Shown piece by piece: positions 28,618 to 39,084 of a stretch of 64,000 bases of DNA; the first letter of the stretch is position 1; every line of letters begins with the position of its first letter. The DNA lies in contig JACESI010000004.1 in the NCBI GenBank assembly GCA_013911885.1, positions 170,026-234,025 of the forward strand. The letters run 5' to 3'. The position numbers were made by a program, and so were the translations under genes. The notes beneath the pieces were generated by a model, which saw only the letters and a list, made by a program, of their open reading frames with translations, ran no database searches and had not been told where the DNA came from. This DNA is from Hyphomicrobiales bacterium (GTDB lineage: Bacteria; Pseudomonadota; Alphaproteobacteria; Rhizobiales; JACESI01).

Positions 28618-28878
28618 TCACTCAGCCTTGAGCTCAAGCGCAAGGGCGTGGATCGGGTTGTCCATCAAATCGGACAGGACGGCATTAACCGCGCGGTGTT
28701 GTGCCACTCTAATCTGCCCCTTGAAGGCGGTCGCGGTCATGCGCACCCGGAAATGGCTTTCCCCGCCGCTGCGGTGTCCGGCGTGTCCTGCATGGAGATG
28801 GGATTCGTCGATCACTTCGAGATGGGATGGGGCAAACGCTTCCGAGAGCTTCGCCTCGATTTTTTCCTTCACGGACAT
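28618..28878 (-). CDS. bolA: BolA family protein
   Basis: 86 aa. LEVIDESHLHAGHAG..HFRVRMTATAFKG is typical of BolA. Confidence 0.9.
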   Translation of the reverse strand: MSVKEKIEAKLSEAFAPSHLEVIDESHLHAGHAGHRSGGESHFRVRMTATAFKGQIRVAQHRAVNAVLSDLMDNPIHALALELKAE

Positions 28879-29028
28879 GGCAGGGTCGCTTCAAAAAGTT
28901 TTAAGAACAGGGGTGATTTTCCTCAAGCATTTCCGCTATAGTTATGCGCCGCTTTCGATCGGCACAATCTTTTCTTTTGTCGGTGCAGCCTTCCTGCCCC
29001 TCTTCCAGTCCCAATCAGGCACGTAAAC

Positions 29029-29664
29029 ATGACTTCCAAATCCTCGATATTCGATTCGATCCGGGTAAAACCGCAGAAGGAAAAGGAGGAAGCAAAAGAT
29101 GGCGAGCGCCCTTGCGACTGGGAAGGCTGCTCCCTGATCGGCACCAACAAAGCCCCGAGGGGCCGCGATCGCGAAGGCGAGTTTCTATGGTTTTGCGTCG
29201 ATCACGTGCGCCAGTATAACAAGAACTACAATTATTTCTCCGGCATGGACGATGATTCGATTGCGCAATATCAGAAGGCGTCGTCGACCGGCCATCGCCC
29301 AACCTGGGAGATGGGGGCAAATTCCTGGGGATCACGCAGCCGTACCGCGAGCGGCGGAATTCCGGGAAGCAAGCCCTGGCTTCACCGTGCGAAAGATCCG
29401 CATGGGCTCTACCCCGGCGGAACCACCGGACCGGCCTCTCCCGAGGCGCGACACCAGCGCAAGCTTAAACGCCTTGAAAAACAAAGCCTCGACAAGTTAA
29501 GACTGCCGGACAATGCGACTTCCAAGGAAATCAAGTCGAAATACAAGCAGCTTGTGAAGCTGCACCACCCGGACGCCAATGGCGGTGACCGCTCATCGGA
29601 GGATCAGCTGCGCGAAATCATTCAGGCATATAATTTCCTGAAATCCGCTGGCTTTACCGACTGA
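29029..29664 (+). CDS. J-domain protein with putative N-terminal zinc ribbon
   Basis: 211 aa. N-terminal CDWEGC...FCVDH (C-x4-C ... C-x2-H). C-terminal J domain carries the HPD tripeptide (KLHHPDANGG). Confidence 0.85.
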   Translation: MTSKSSIFDSIRVKPQKEKEEAKDGERPCDWEGCSLIGTNKAPRGRDREGEFLWFCVDHVRQYNKNYNYFSGMDDDSIAQYQKASSTGHRPTWEMGANSWGSRSRTASGGIPGSKPWLHRAKDPHGLYPGGTTGPASPEARHQRKLKRLEKQSLDKLRLPDNATSKEIKSKYKQLVKLHHPDANGGDRSSEDQLREIIQAYNFLKSAGFTD

Positions 29665-29865
29665 GGGGCGTTAGATAACGAAGCAATAGTCAGACACGCT
29701 CCGGTATCTTGCGCCGTTATGAACGGCTTCCGTTGCGCCGGATGACCATTGCGAAGGGTGGCTCGCGGTTCCCGGGAGCCGGTCATTCACCTAAACGCTG
29801 AATTCGAAACACAAGACCGGGTTCTGTCCTTTCGACCTGACGGGACCGGAGAACATGTCAAAGCC

Positions 29866-30849
29866 ATGAAACATCCCAATTCCCATGCCAATCTCCCTGA
29901 CACCCAGTTCAGTGTGCGCGATCTTTTCAAGATCGACAGCGACATGACGGTTCCAGGCTATGCCGAGCGGACGGACCATGTACCCGAACTCGACCCGGAC
30001 TATCTCTTCGACCGGCAGACCACCCTCGCTATTCTTGCGGGGTTCGCGTTTAATCGGCGGGTCATCGTTTCCGGTTATCATGGGACCGGAAAATCGACCC
30101 ATATCGAACAGGTTGCAGCCCGGCTCAACTGGCCAATGGTGCGGGTCAATCTCGACAGCCATATCAGCCGCATTGACCTCATCGGCAAGGATGCGATTGT
30201 CGTGCGTGAGGGCAAGCAGGTCACCGAGTTTCGCGATGGCATCCTGCCATGGGCGCTCCAGACCAACACGGCGATTGTCTTTGACGAGTATGATGCCGGT
30301 CGCCCGGATGTCATGTTCGTGATCCAGCGCGTGCTCGAGCGGCAGGGCAAACTGACCCTTCTCGACCAGAGCCGCGTGATCGAGCCGCATCCGGCCTTCC
30401 GTATTTTCGCGACCGCCAATACGATCGGCCTCGGCGATACGTCGGGCCTTTACCACGGTACACAGCAGCTCAATCAGGGTCAGATGGACCGCTGGTCCAT
30501 CGTCACAACGCTGAACTATCTGCCGCATGACAATGAGGTCGATATCATTCAGGCGAAAGCTGCGAAATATTCATCACCCGAACAGCGCTCAATCGTGTCC
30601 AAGATGGTGCGGGTTGCCGAGCTGACGCGCAACGCCTTCATGAACGGCGACATTTCCACCGTCATGAGCCCGCGCACGGTTCTGACCTGGGCCGAGAATG
30701 CCGAGATTTTCGGCGATATCGGTTTTGCCTTCCGGGTGACATTCCTCAACAAATGCGACGAGCTTGAGCGTCCGTTGATCGCGGAATTCTATCAGCGCGC
30801 CTTTGGCGAGGAATTGCCGGAATCGGTCGCCAATCTTGTCATGTCGTGA
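29866..30849 (+). CDS. cobS: CobS-type AAA+ ATPase (cobaltochelatase subunit CobS family)
   Basis: ORF 29749..30849 trimmed to the ATG at 29866 ([21 protein letters not shown]). Walker A is GYHGTGKST and Walker B is IVFDEYD. Confidence 0.9.
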   Translation: MKHPNSHANLPDTQFSVRDLFKIDSDMTVPGYAERTDHVPELDPDYLFDRQTTLAILAGFAFNRRVIVSGYHGTGKSTHIEQVAARLNWPMVRVNLDSHISRIDLIGKDAIVVREGKQVTEFRDGILPWALQTNTAIVFDEYDAGRPDVMFVIQRVLERQGKLTLLDQSRVIEPHPAFRIFATANTIGLGDTSGLYHGTQQLNQGQMDRWSIVTTLNYLPHDNEVDIIQAKAAKYSSPEQRSIVSKMVRVAELTRNAFMNGDISTVMSPRTVLTWAENAEIFGDIGFAFRVTFLNKCDELERPLIAEFYQRAFGEELPESVANLVMS

Positions 30850-30886
30850 GCATCAAAACGCCGCAAGTCGAGGATAAGGGATAGAC

Positions 30887-32875
30887 GTGGACGCCAAAAC
30901 GCCAAAAGCTCCGGTTGGCAAACAGGCCGCGAAAGGTCCTGCGCCTGCCGATGTTTTCAAGGCAGCGGTGTCGAACTGCATGCGCGCGGTTTCAGGGCGC
31001 GAGCTTGATGTCACGTTCGCAAACGAACGACCATCGATTTCCGGTGATATCGTGCGCCTGCCAGAGCCGCCACGGCGCATGAGTGCGCGGGAAATCGCGA
31101 TCACGCGCGGTATCGGCGATTCCATGGCCCTGCGCCGTGCCTGCCATGACAGCAAGATCCATCGCACGCACAAGCCCTCCGGCAAGGCGGGACAGGCGGT
31201 TTATGACGCGGTCGAACAGGCACGGATCGAGACACTTGGCGCGCGGCGCATGCCCGGTATGGTCGGCAATCTCAACGCAATGCTGGAAGAAAAATACCAT
31301 CGCGGCAATTATGCCGAAGTGACGGACCGCGCCGATGCGCCGCTTGAAGATGCGCTCGCCCTTGTGATGCGCGAGCGGCTCGGCGGCATGACCATTCCCG
31401 AAAGCGGCCAGCGTATTGTCGACATGTGGCGGTCTTTCATCGAGAGCAAGGCGGGCGAAAGCCTCGACCGGTTGGGCCATCTCATCCACAGCCAGGAAGC
31501 TTTCGCAAGCGGCGTGCGCGATCTCCTGGCTTCCCTCGACATGGCGGATGAGTTCGGCGACGACAACACCTCGAACGAGGATGATGAGAGCGACGACGAA
31601 CAGGATCAGGGTGAAGATGGCAGCGAGGAAAATCAAGGCCGTCAGGACCAGGCGGACACACAGGAAGAGGGTGATCCGGAACTGACCGAAGCGGCCGGCG
31701 AAGAGCAGGAAGCGGGTGAAACCGAACTCGGCGAGACCTATGCCGATGATCTTTTTGACGATGATTTCGGTGACTTCGATGAGGATGATGGCGATGCGCC
31801 GCGCCCGCCGCGACCCTATTCAAACGAACCGGCCATGATTGATTACAAGATTTTCAGTACCGAATTTGATGAGACCATCGGCGCGGAAGATCTCTGCGAC
31901 AGCGAGGAACTTGATCGCCTGCGGGGCTTCCTCGACAAGCAGCTCAACCAGATGCAGGGGGTTGTCGCAAAACTCGCGAACCGGCTTCAGCGCCGGCTCC
32001 TTGCCCAGCAGAATCGTGGCTGGGATTTCGATCTCGAGGAAGGCGTTCTCGATACTGCGCGGCTGGTGCGTGTCGTCACCGACCCGATGCAACCGCTGTC
32101 TTTCAAGGCGGAGCGCGAGATGGAGTTTCGCGACACCGTGGTGACGCTGCTTCTTGATAATTCCGGCTCGATGCGCGGGCGTCCGATCACGGTCGCGGCG
32201 GTCTGTGCCGATATTCTCGCCCGGACACTGGAGCGTTGTGGCGTCAAGGTCGAAATTCTCGGTTTTACAACCCGCGCCTGGAAGGGCGGGCAGGCACGTG
32301 AAAAATGGCTGCAAAGCGGCAAACCGGCAGCGCCGGGGCGGCTCAATGATTTGCGCCACATCATCTATAAGTCCGCCGATGCGCCCTGGCGGAGGGCCCG
32401 GCGCAATCTCGGATTGATGATGCGTGAGGGTCTTCTGAAAGAGAATATCGACGGTGAAGCGCTGCTCTGGGCGCATAACAGGCTCGTTTCCCGACCGGAA
32501 AACCGCAAGATCCTGATGATGATTTCCGATGGTGCGCCGGTCGATGATTCAACGCTTTCGGTGAATGCGGGCAATTATCTCGAAAAGCACCTGCGCGCCG
32601 TCATCGAGGAAATCGAAAACCACTCGCCGGTCGAGCTTCTCGCCATCGGCATTGGCCACGATGTGACACGCTATTACAAGCGCGCGCTCACGATCATTGA
32701 TGCCGAGGAACTGGCGGGCGCGATGACCGACAAACTCGCCGAGCTTTTCGAGGAAAATTCCCGCGCGGATACTCGCCCTGTTGCCCGCGCGCCGATGGCG
32801 CTTCCGCCGACCGGCGACCGCAGCAAGGTGCCCCATGCCAGATCCCCCGTTACCAAGGGGCGGGCGGTTCGGTGA
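30887..32875 (+). CDS. cobT: CobT-type VWA protein (cobaltochelatase subunit CobT family)
   Basis: 662 aa with a GTG start. Has a long poly-acidic insert ([24 protein letters not shown]...) and a C-terminal VWA domain with MIDAS motif LLLDNSGSM. Confidence 0.9.
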   Translation: MDAKTPKAPVGKQAAKGPAPADVFKAAVSNCMRAVSGRELDVTFANERPSISGDIVRLPEPPRRMSAREIAITRGIGDSMALRRACHDSKIHRTHKPSGKAGQAVYDAVEQARIETLGARRMPGMVGNLNAMLEEKYHRGNYAEVTDRADAPLEDALALVMRERLGGMTIPESGQRIVDMWRSFIESKAGESLDRLGHLIHSQEAFASGVRDLLASLDMADEFGDDNTSNEDDESDDEQDQGEDGSEENQGRQDQADTQEEGDPELTEAAGEEQEAGETELGETYADDLFDDDFGDFDEDDGDAPRPPRPYSNEPAMIDYKIFSTEFDETIGAEDLCDSEELDRLRGFLDKQLNQMQGVVAKLANRLQRRLLAQQNRGWDFDLEEGVLDTARLVRVVTDPMQPLSFKAEREMEFRDTVVTLLLDNSGSMRGRPITVAAVCADILARTLERCGVKVEILGFTTRAWKGGQAREKWLQSGKPAAPGRLNDLRHIIYKSADAPWRRARRNLGLMMREGLLKENIDGEALLWAHNRLVSRPENRKILMMISDGAPVDDSTLSVNAGNYLEKHLRAVIEEIENHSPVELLAIGIGHDVTRYYKRALTIIDAEELAGAMTDKLAELFEENSRADTRPVARAPMALPPTGDRSKVPHARSPVTKGRAVR

Positions 32876-33924
32876 GGCGCGGGATACGGGGCGCACTTTT
32901 TGTCGCAGCCTTTGCGGCAATTGCCGCAGTGAACTTCAGAACAATTGCCGAGGAAAGCCGCCCCGTCGGCGCGTTCGCAATTTCGGTATCGGCAACGCCG
33001 TTCACCGATTTCGAACCGCAATCTCCTGAGAAACGGGATTTCGGTCCCTTCCTCTTCAAGACCGGGGCTTATCTGCAATCGACCGATCCGAATTTCGGCG
33101 GTCTGTCCGGCATGCAGTTTCTCGACCAGGGCAAGCGGCTGCTCGCGGTCTCGGATGCGGGATTCTGGCTTGATATTACCATCGGGCGCGATCGTGATGG
33201 CATGATCACGGGCCTTACGGCAGCGCGCATGGCGCCGATCTATTCGGGTCTCGGGCCGCGCCTCAAGACGCCGAAATATTATGTCGATGCGGAATCCCTT
33301 GTCCGCGATGGCGACGATCTTTACGCCGCATTCGAGGAGATCAATGTCATCGCGCGTTACCGGCTCGATCTTGCAACGCTCGTGATGGAACCGGAGATGC
33401 TGCCGCTGCCGGAAAGCGTCAGTCAAGTTGGCGACAACAAGGGGATCGAGGCGCTGGCGCTGGTGCCGCCCGGACAGCCGCTTGCGGGAAGTCTGCTTGC
33501 GATTGCCGAGCGCGGCGCCTCCCGCGCCGAACCGACGCCTGGCTGGATACTCTCACCAAAGGGGGGTGCCGGCAAGACGGTTGAAACGGGCACCTTCAAG
33601 GTCAAGCAGAGCGACGGTTTCGATGTGACGGAGGCGGTCATCCTTGGCAACGGGGATCTTCTGCTTCTCGAACGTCGATTCACGGTTGCGACCGGTGTTG
33701 CAATCCGCCTCCGCCGCATCAAGGCGTCGGATATCACGAATGGCGCCTTGCTTGATGGCCCGGTGCTCTTTCAGGCAGGCCTTGCGCACCGTATCGACAA
33801 TATGGAGGCGATGGCGCTTTATCAGAACGATCAGGGCGAGACCGTCGTGGCACTTCTTGCTGATGACAATTACTCGCTCCTTCAGCGCACCGTCTATCTG
33901 GAATTTGTCCTGCCCAACGGATAA
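32872..33924 (+). CDS. esterase-like activity of phytase family protein (secreted)
   Basis: 350 aa. The GTG start overlaps the cobT stop (GTGA). Has an N-terminal signal/anchor [14 protein letters not shown] and [20 protein letters not shown], typical of the phytase-like family. Confidence 0.75.
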   Translation: MRRGIRGALFVAAFAAIAAVNFRTIAEESRPVGAFAISVSATPFTDFEPQSPEKRDFGPFLFKTGAYLQSTDPNFGGLSGMQFLDQGKRLLAVSDAGFWLDITIGRDRDGMITGLTAARMAPIYSGLGPRLKTPKYYVDAESLVRDGDDLYAAFEEINVIARYRLDLATLVMEPEMLPLPESVSQVGDNKGIEALALVPPGQPLAGSLLAIAERGASRAEPTPGWILSPKGGAGKTVETGTFKVKQSDGFDVTEAVILGNGDLLLLERRFTVATGVAIRLRRIKASDITNGALLDGPVLFQAGLAHRIDNMEAMALYQNDQGETVVALLADDNYSLLQRTVYLEFVLPNG

Positions 33925-34007
33925 ACCGTGCACAACCCCCTTGCCCTTGCCATATTTGCGCTTTTCCCTTGTTCTACGGCGCGAGACTTTGAAATCCGGA
34001 GGTTGGA

Positions 34008-34643
34008 ATGCTGCGTTTGAAACTCTTGCTGGCTTCGATACTGGCTCTCGCGATCTTCCTGCCCGTGGCCAATGCTGCGACACCGCCCCTGCCAAGGGCG
34101 AACCCGGTTGCGGTTTCTGCCGCCGCGGCGCCGGAGGCAGGTCTTCTGCCGCAGCCGAGTGCTGATCTTCAGAAGAAATTCACGCTCGAAGGGTTTTTCG
34201 CAGGCGAGACAGTGGCGCGCGGGACGATCTTTTCGAAAATCGCCGGCGCCTCACGCTCCTTTCAGGTAACAACCAGCGGCACCTGGGACGGCAATGCGCT
34301 AACCCTTGTCGAGACCTATCGCTATGCCGCAGGCGATCAGGAACAGCGCATCTGGCGCTTCCGCAAGACCGGGGAGGGGACATATCTTGCGGAAAACAAC
34401 GAGTCCCTTGAGCCGGTCAATGTCGGAATCAACGGTCGGGTTGCCTCGCTGAAATACAGGAAGATGCTTTCCAGGCCGGGCAAGGATCCCGTGAAAGTTA
34501 CTTTTGACGAGGTATGGACGTTGCGAAAAGACGGCGTCCTCGAAAGCCGGACCGAACTCAAGAAAGTCCTGCGCGTCGGCCGCGAGGCGATCAATTTCGC
34601 CCGGGCTGGCAATGAGGCAGCACTCAATACCCCCGGGTTCTAA
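34008..34643 (+). CDS. DUF3833 family protein (secreted)
   Basis: 211 aa with signal peptide MLRLKLLLASILALAIFLPVANA. The pattern FTLEGFFAGETVARGTIFS...RSFQVTTSGTWDGNALTLVETYRYAAGDQEQRIWRF fits the DUF3833 pattern as I recall it. Confidence 0.7.
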   Translation: MLRLKLLLASILALAIFLPVANAATPPLPRANPVAVSAAAAPEAGLLPQPSADLQKKFTLEGFFAGETVARGTIFSKIAGASRSFQVTTSGTWDGNALTLVETYRYAAGDQEQRIWRFRKTGEGTYLAENNESLEPVNVGINGRVASLKYRKMLSRPGKDPVKVTFDEVWTLRKDGVLESRTELKKVLRVGREAINFARAGNEAALNTPGF

Positions 34644-34666
34644 CTGGACCCCCGGGTTCTAACTGG
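34629..34666. repeat. perfect 19-bp tandem duplication ACCCCCGGGTTCTAACTGG x2 spanning a stop codon
   Basis: Copy 1 is 34629-34647 and includes the last codons and TAA (34641-34643) of the DUF3833 gene. Copy 2 is 34648-34666. Confidence 0.9.
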
Positions 34667-34690
34667 CGCGACCGAAGCTGCTCGCCAGTT
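34661..34690 (+). terminator. candidate terminator hairpin after the DUF3833 gene
   Basis: AACTGGCG-N14-CGCCAGTT, an 8-bp stem, followed by only a short T run (ttt). The left arm lies inside copy 2 of the 19-bp duplication. Confidence 0.4.
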
Positions 34691-34786
34691 TATGATCGCC
34701 CGCCAAGACTTGCAGCAAACACCCGCTTGGTCTTGCGGCCAAACAAATGACTTGCGTTTCGGTCTGATTTGTCAAATGACAAGGCC

Positions 34787-35857
34787 ATGAAATTTCTTGA
34801 TCAAGCTAAAGTTCACATCTCTTCCGGTAGTGGCGGTGCGGGGTCAGTCTCGTTCCGCCGGGAGAAATTTATCGAGCATGGCGGCCCGGATGGTGGCGAT
34901 GGCGGGCGCGGCGGGCATGTCTTTGTCGAGTGTGTCGATGGCCTTAACACGCTGATTGATTACCGCTATCAGCAGCATTTCAAGGGCAAGACGGGCGGCC
35001 ACGGCATGGGCAAGAACCGGCACGGCGCAAAGGGTGATGACATCATCCTCAAAGTGCCCATCGGTACCCAGATCTACCATGAAGACAACGAAACGCTGAT
35101 TGCTGATTTTACCAAAGTGGGGGAGCGCGTCCGCCTTGCGCGTGGCGGTAATGGCGGTTTCGGCAATGCCTATTTCAAGACCTCGGTCAATCAGGCGCCA
35201 CGCCGGGCCAATCCCGGTGAGGAGGGCGAGGACATGTGGCTCTGGCTCCGGCTGAAGCTGATTGCCGATGCCGGGCTGATCGGATTGCCGAATGCCGGAA
35301 AGTCGACATTCCTTGCGGCCGTCACCTCGGCGAAACCCAAGATCGCCGATTATCCTTTCACCACGCTGCACCCCAATCTCGGCGTCGTGCGGATTGATAC
35401 GCGCGAATTCGTTCTCGCCGATATCCCGGGCCTGATCGAGGGCGCGCATGAGGGGGTCGGTATCGGCGATCGCTTCCTTGGCCATGTCGAGCGCTGTGCG
35501 ATCAACCTGCATCTCGTCGATGGCACCGAGAAGGATGTCGCCGAAAGCTACCGGGTGGTGCGCGGCGAACTCGATGCCTATGGCAACGGGCTTGAGGAAA
35601 AGCCGGAAATCGTCGCGCTTTCCAAGGCGGATGTTCTGAGCGAAAAAGAAATAAAGGCGAAGCTCAAGGCGCTAGAGAAAGCGTGTGGCGCGAAACCCAT
35701 GATCCTTTCCTCGGCAACGCGGGCGGGCGTCGAGGATGTATTGCGGGTGCTGTTCGCGCGGATCATGCAAGCGCGCGGGATCGTTGAGGAAGAGAAGGCG
35801 GGACAAGGCGGGTCAACGGACAGTGCCGCGCCGGATCAAGGCTGGAGTCCGGTCTGA
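34787..35857 (+). CDS. obg: GTPase Obg/CgtA
   Basis: ORF 34769..35857 (TTG) trimmed to the ATG at 34787 (MKFLDQAKV). Has the Gly-rich Obg fold [10 protein letters not shown] and G motifs GLPNAGKST and DIPGLIEGA. Confidence 0.95.
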   Translation: MKFLDQAKVHISSGSGGAGSVSFRREKFIEHGGPDGGDGGRGGHVFVECVDGLNTLIDYRYQQHFKGKTGGHGMGKNRHGAKGDDIILKVPIGTQIYHEDNETLIADFTKVGERVRLARGGNGGFGNAYFKTSVNQAPRRANPGEEGEDMWLWLRLKLIADAGLIGLPNAGKSTFLAAVTSAKPKIADYPFTTLHPNLGVVRIDTREFVLADIPGLIEGAHEGVGIGDRFLGHVERCAINLHLVDGTEKDVAESYRVVRGELDAYGNGLEEKPEIVALSKADVLSEKEIKAKLKALEKACGAKPMILSSATRAGVEDVLRVLFARIMQARGIVEEEKAGQGGSTDSAAPDQGWSPV

Positions 35858-36982
35858 ATGCTGCCCCTCGCCCGCTACAAGCGGCTTGTCATTAAAATCG
35901 GCTCAGCGCTTCTGGTGGATCATGCGACCGGAACCCTGAGGGCTGCATGGCTTGCTTCGCTTGCTGCCGATATCTCGGCGCTACGGCGAGAGGGGGCCGA
36001 TGTGATCGTCGTCTCGAGCGGGGCGATCGCGCTCGGCCGCCATGTCCTGAAACTGCCTGCCGGGCCGCTTAAGCTCGAGGAAAGCCAGGCCGCGGCAAGC
36101 GTCGGACAGATCGAACTTGCCCGCGCCTGGGACGAAGCGCTTCAGGCGCATGGCCATGTGACCGGGCAACTGCTCGTTACGCTCGACGATACAGAGGAAC
36201 GGCGGCGCTATCTCAATGTGCGGGCCACCATCGCAACGCTGCTGCGGATGAAGGCAGTGCCGATCATCAACGAGAACGATACTGTCGCCACCGCTGAGAT
36301 CAGATATGGCGACAATGACCGCCTGGGTGCGCGGGTTGCGACCATGGCGGGGGCTGATTGTCTTGTGCTGCTTTCCGATATTGACGGGCTTTATGATGCG
36401 CCGCCGGCGCAGAACCCGAACGCAAAGCACATTCCCCTGGTCGCCGTGATCACGCCCGAGATCGAGAAAATGGCCGGCACGGCGGGAACCGCGTTTTCCT
36501 CCGGCGGCATGACGACGAAAATCGCCGCGGCCAAGATCGCCGTTGCCGGGGGGACGGTGATGGTGATTGCCTCCGGCCATGCCCACAATCCGCTTGCCGC
36601 CATCGACATGGGCGCCCGCGCGACATGGTTCGCGGCGGAAGGAACGCCGATTACAGCCCGCAAGAAATGGATATCCGGCCACCTGAAGCCGCGCGGCGTG
36701 CTGATCCTTGATCCGGGCGCGGTGCGCGCGCTGCAATCCGGCAAGAGCCTGCTTCCGGCCGGTGTTGCGAAGATCACCGGGCGCTTCGGTCGTGGCGACG
36801 CGGTATCACTGAAAGATGGCGACGGCACGGAAATCGCACGCGGCCTCGTCTCTTATGATGTTGATGAAGCGCAGCGGATCATCGGTCGCCAGACCTCTGA
36901 AATTCAGGTGATCCTTGGGTATCCGGGGCGTTCTGCCATGGTTCACCGGGACGATATGGTGTTGATGGGCGACCCGGTTTGA
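35858..36982 (+). CDS. proB: glutamate 5-kinase
   Basis: 374 aa. The start abuts the obg stop (TGAATG). Has an amino-acid kinase fold ([11 protein letters not shown]) and a C-terminal PUA region. Confidence 0.95.
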   Translation: MLPLARYKRLVIKIGSALLVDHATGTLRAAWLASLAADISALRREGADVIVVSSGAIALGRHVLKLPAGPLKLEESQAAASVGQIELARAWDEALQAHGHVTGQLLVTLDDTEERRRYLNVRATIATLLRMKAVPIINENDTVATAEIRYGDNDRLGARVATMAGADCLVLLSDIDGLYDAPPAQNPNAKHIPLVAVITPEIEKMAGTAGTAFSSGGMTTKIAAAKIAVAGGTVMVIASGHAHNPLAAIDMGARATWFAAEGTPITARKKWISGHLKPRGVLILDPGAVRALQSGKSLLPAGVAKITGRFGRGDAVSLKDGDGTEIARGLVSYDVDEAQRIIGRQTSEIQVILGYPGRSAMVHRDDMVLMGDPV

Positions 36983-37069
36983 GGCAGCGCTCATAGCGGC
37001 GCGCCGGATCGTCAGTCAAATCGTGACAACAGCCCCGCTTTTGCGTATGAAAGTTTTCCCGGTAAAAGG

Positions 37070-38377
37070 ATGATTGGCATGGCCGAACAACGCGCGCAGG
37101 TAACCCCGCTTCATGAAAGCGCTGTACCGGTGCTCATGCGCGATCTTGGCCGCCGGGCGCGGCAGGCCGCGCGCATTCTCGCCCATAGCGGAACGGACGC
37201 GAAAAACAAGGCGCTCACGGTCGCAGCACAAGCGCTCCGCCGGGACATGGCGACAATCCTTGCCGCCAATCAGAGCGATGTGACGGCCGGGCAGGGCAAG
37301 GGGATGACACCGGCTTTTATCGACCGGCTGACACTGAGCGCAGAGCGCGTCGAGGCCATGGCGCGCGGGCTTGAAGATATCGCAGCCCTGACCGATCCGG
37401 TTGGCACGGTGATTGCCCATTTCGAGCGACCAAACGGCCTCTTGATCGACAGGGTTCGGACACCGCTTGGCGTGATCGGTGTCATTTTTGAAAGCCGTCC
37501 CAATGTGACGGCCGATGCAGGCGCACTCGCACTCAAGGCGGGCAATGCGGTGATTCTGCGTGGCGGTTCAGACAGTTTCCATTCCGCACGCGCGATTCAT
37601 GCCTGTCTCACGGAAGGACTCCTTGCGGCAAGTTTGCCCGAAGACGCGATCCAGATCGTGCCGACGACCGACCGGGAGGCTGTGGGTCAAATGCTGGCCG
37701 GGCTTGATGGCGCGATTGATGTCATCATCCCGCGTGGCGGCAAGAGCCTTGTCGCCCGCGTTGAGTCGGAGGCGCGGGTACCTGTCTTTGCCCATCTCGA
37801 GGGGCTTTGCCACATCTATGTCGACCGTGATGCCGATCTTGCGATGGCCATCGATGTCGTTGCCAATTCGAAGATGCGGCGCACCGGCATTTGTGGTGCG
37901 GCGGAGACATTGCTGATCGACAGGGCGGTTGCGTCAAGCCATGTTGAGCCGATTTGCCGCGCGCTTGCCGACCGGGGCTGCGAAATCCGCGCGGATGAGG
38001 CAGCGCGCGCGCTTTTCCCTGCCGCCCGCACTGCGAGCGAGGAAGACTGGCGCACGGAATATCTCGATGCGATCCTGTCGGTGCGTCTGGTTGACGGTAT
38101 CGATGGCGCGCTCAGCCATATTGCCGATTATTCCTCGAACCATACGGAGGCGGTGATCACCAACAATCCGGCGGTGGTGGAACGGTTTTTCAACGAGGTC
38201 GATTCCGCGATCCTTTTGCACAATGCGTCGACGCAATTCGCCGATGGCGGCGAGTTCGGCATGGGGGCTGAAATCGGCATTGCAACCGGCAAGATGCATG
38301 CGCGTGGTCCGGTTGGTGTCGAGCAATTGACAAGTTTCAATTACCGCGTTCGCGGTAGCGGCCAAACAAGAGCCTGA
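37070..38377 (+). CDS. proA: glutamate-5-semialdehyde dehydrogenase
   Basis: 435 aa. Aldehyde dehydrogenase-like, with the catalytic Cys region [15 protein letters not shown]. Follows proB. Confidence 0.95.
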   Translation: MIGMAEQRAQVTPLHESAVPVLMRDLGRRARQAARILAHSGTDAKNKALTVAAQALRRDMATILAANQSDVTAGQGKGMTPAFIDRLTLSAERVEAMARGLEDIAALTDPVGTVIAHFERPNGLLIDRVRTPLGVIGVIFESRPNVTADAGALALKAGNAVILRGGSDSFHSARAIHACLTEGLLAASLPEDAIQIVPTTDREAVGQMLAGLDGAIDVIIPRGGKSLVARVESEARVPVFAHLEGLCHIYVDRDADLAMAIDVVANSKMRRTGICGAAETLLIDRAVASSHVEPICRALADRGCEIRADEAARALFPAARTASEEDWRTEYLDAILSVRLVDGIDGALSHIADYSSNHTEAVITNNPAVVERFFNEVDSAILLHNASTQFADGGEFGMGAEIGIATGKMHARGPVGVEQLTSFNYRVRGSGQTRA

Positions 38378-38382
38378 CGCGC

Positions 38383-39033
38383 GTGGTGGAGCATTTACCT
38401 CCCGTCAAGCCGCTGACTGCGTCGGAATATGCGGATGCGCTGAAAATTCCGCATGTCGAGGAAGGCATGTCTGTCGGCCTCTTCGGGGGCTCCTTCAATC
38501 CACCGCATGAGGGTCACCGTCATGTTGCCCGCACAGCCTTGCAACGCTTGCAGCTTGACCGCCTGTGGTGGCTGGTTTCTCCCGGCAATCCGCTGAAGAG
38601 CAATGGCAACCTGCCGAGCCTCGCTGAGCGGATCGCGTGGTCGCGTGCGCTGATACGCGATCCGCGGGTCGATATCACTGGCTGCGAGGCGACGCTTCAG
38701 ACCCGCTATTCCGCCGATCTGGTGCTGCGCCTTCTAAAGCGCTTTCCTTCAGTCCGGTTTGTCTGGATCATGGGCGCGGATAATCTGACGAATTTTCATC
38801 GCTGGGAGCGCTGGCAAGATATCGCTGACCGGGTGCCGATCTGCATCATCGACCGACCCGGCGACACGCTTTCGACCCGTTCATCACGCGCGGCAAGGCG
38901 CTATATGGGTGCACGCCTCGATGAGGCGGATGCGAAGCTGATCAAAAACTACAAGGCCCCGGTGTGGACCTTCATCCATGCGCCGCGCTCGGCGCTTTCA
39001 TCGACGGCGCTCAGGAGCAAACAGTCCGGCTGA
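38383..39033 (+). CDS. nadD: nicotinate-nucleotide adenylyltransferase
   Basis: 216 aa with a GTG start. Has GLFGGSFNPPHEGH (HxGH motif). An alternative ATG lies at 38464. Confidence 0.9.
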   Translation: MVEHLPPVKPLTASEYADALKIPHVEEGMSVGLFGGSFNPPHEGHRHVARTALQRLQLDRLWWLVSPGNPLKSNGNLPSLAERIAWSRALIRDPRVDITGCEATLQTRYSADLVLRLLKRFPSVRFVWIMGADNLTNFHRWERWQDIADRVPICIIDRPGDTLSTRSSRAARRYMGARLDEADAKLIKNYKAPVWTFIHAPRSALSSTALRSKQSG

Positions 39034-39084
39034 ACCATGCGACGGAATTGAAAGATCGGATGTTTGGCGGGAAAGCGGAATGAG

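Noticed and set aside
29665-29865. Possible cobalamin riboswitch upstream of cobS
   Set aside because: I could not find a convincing B12-box core or the conserved paired regions by eye. A covariance-model scan (Rfam cobalamin model) would be needed to claim it.
34769-34782. Palindrome TTGTCA-AA-TGACAA just before the obg start
   Set aside because: It is short (6-2-6), sits in front of a housekeeping gene, and has no associated regulator. It is probably chance or part of the RBS context.
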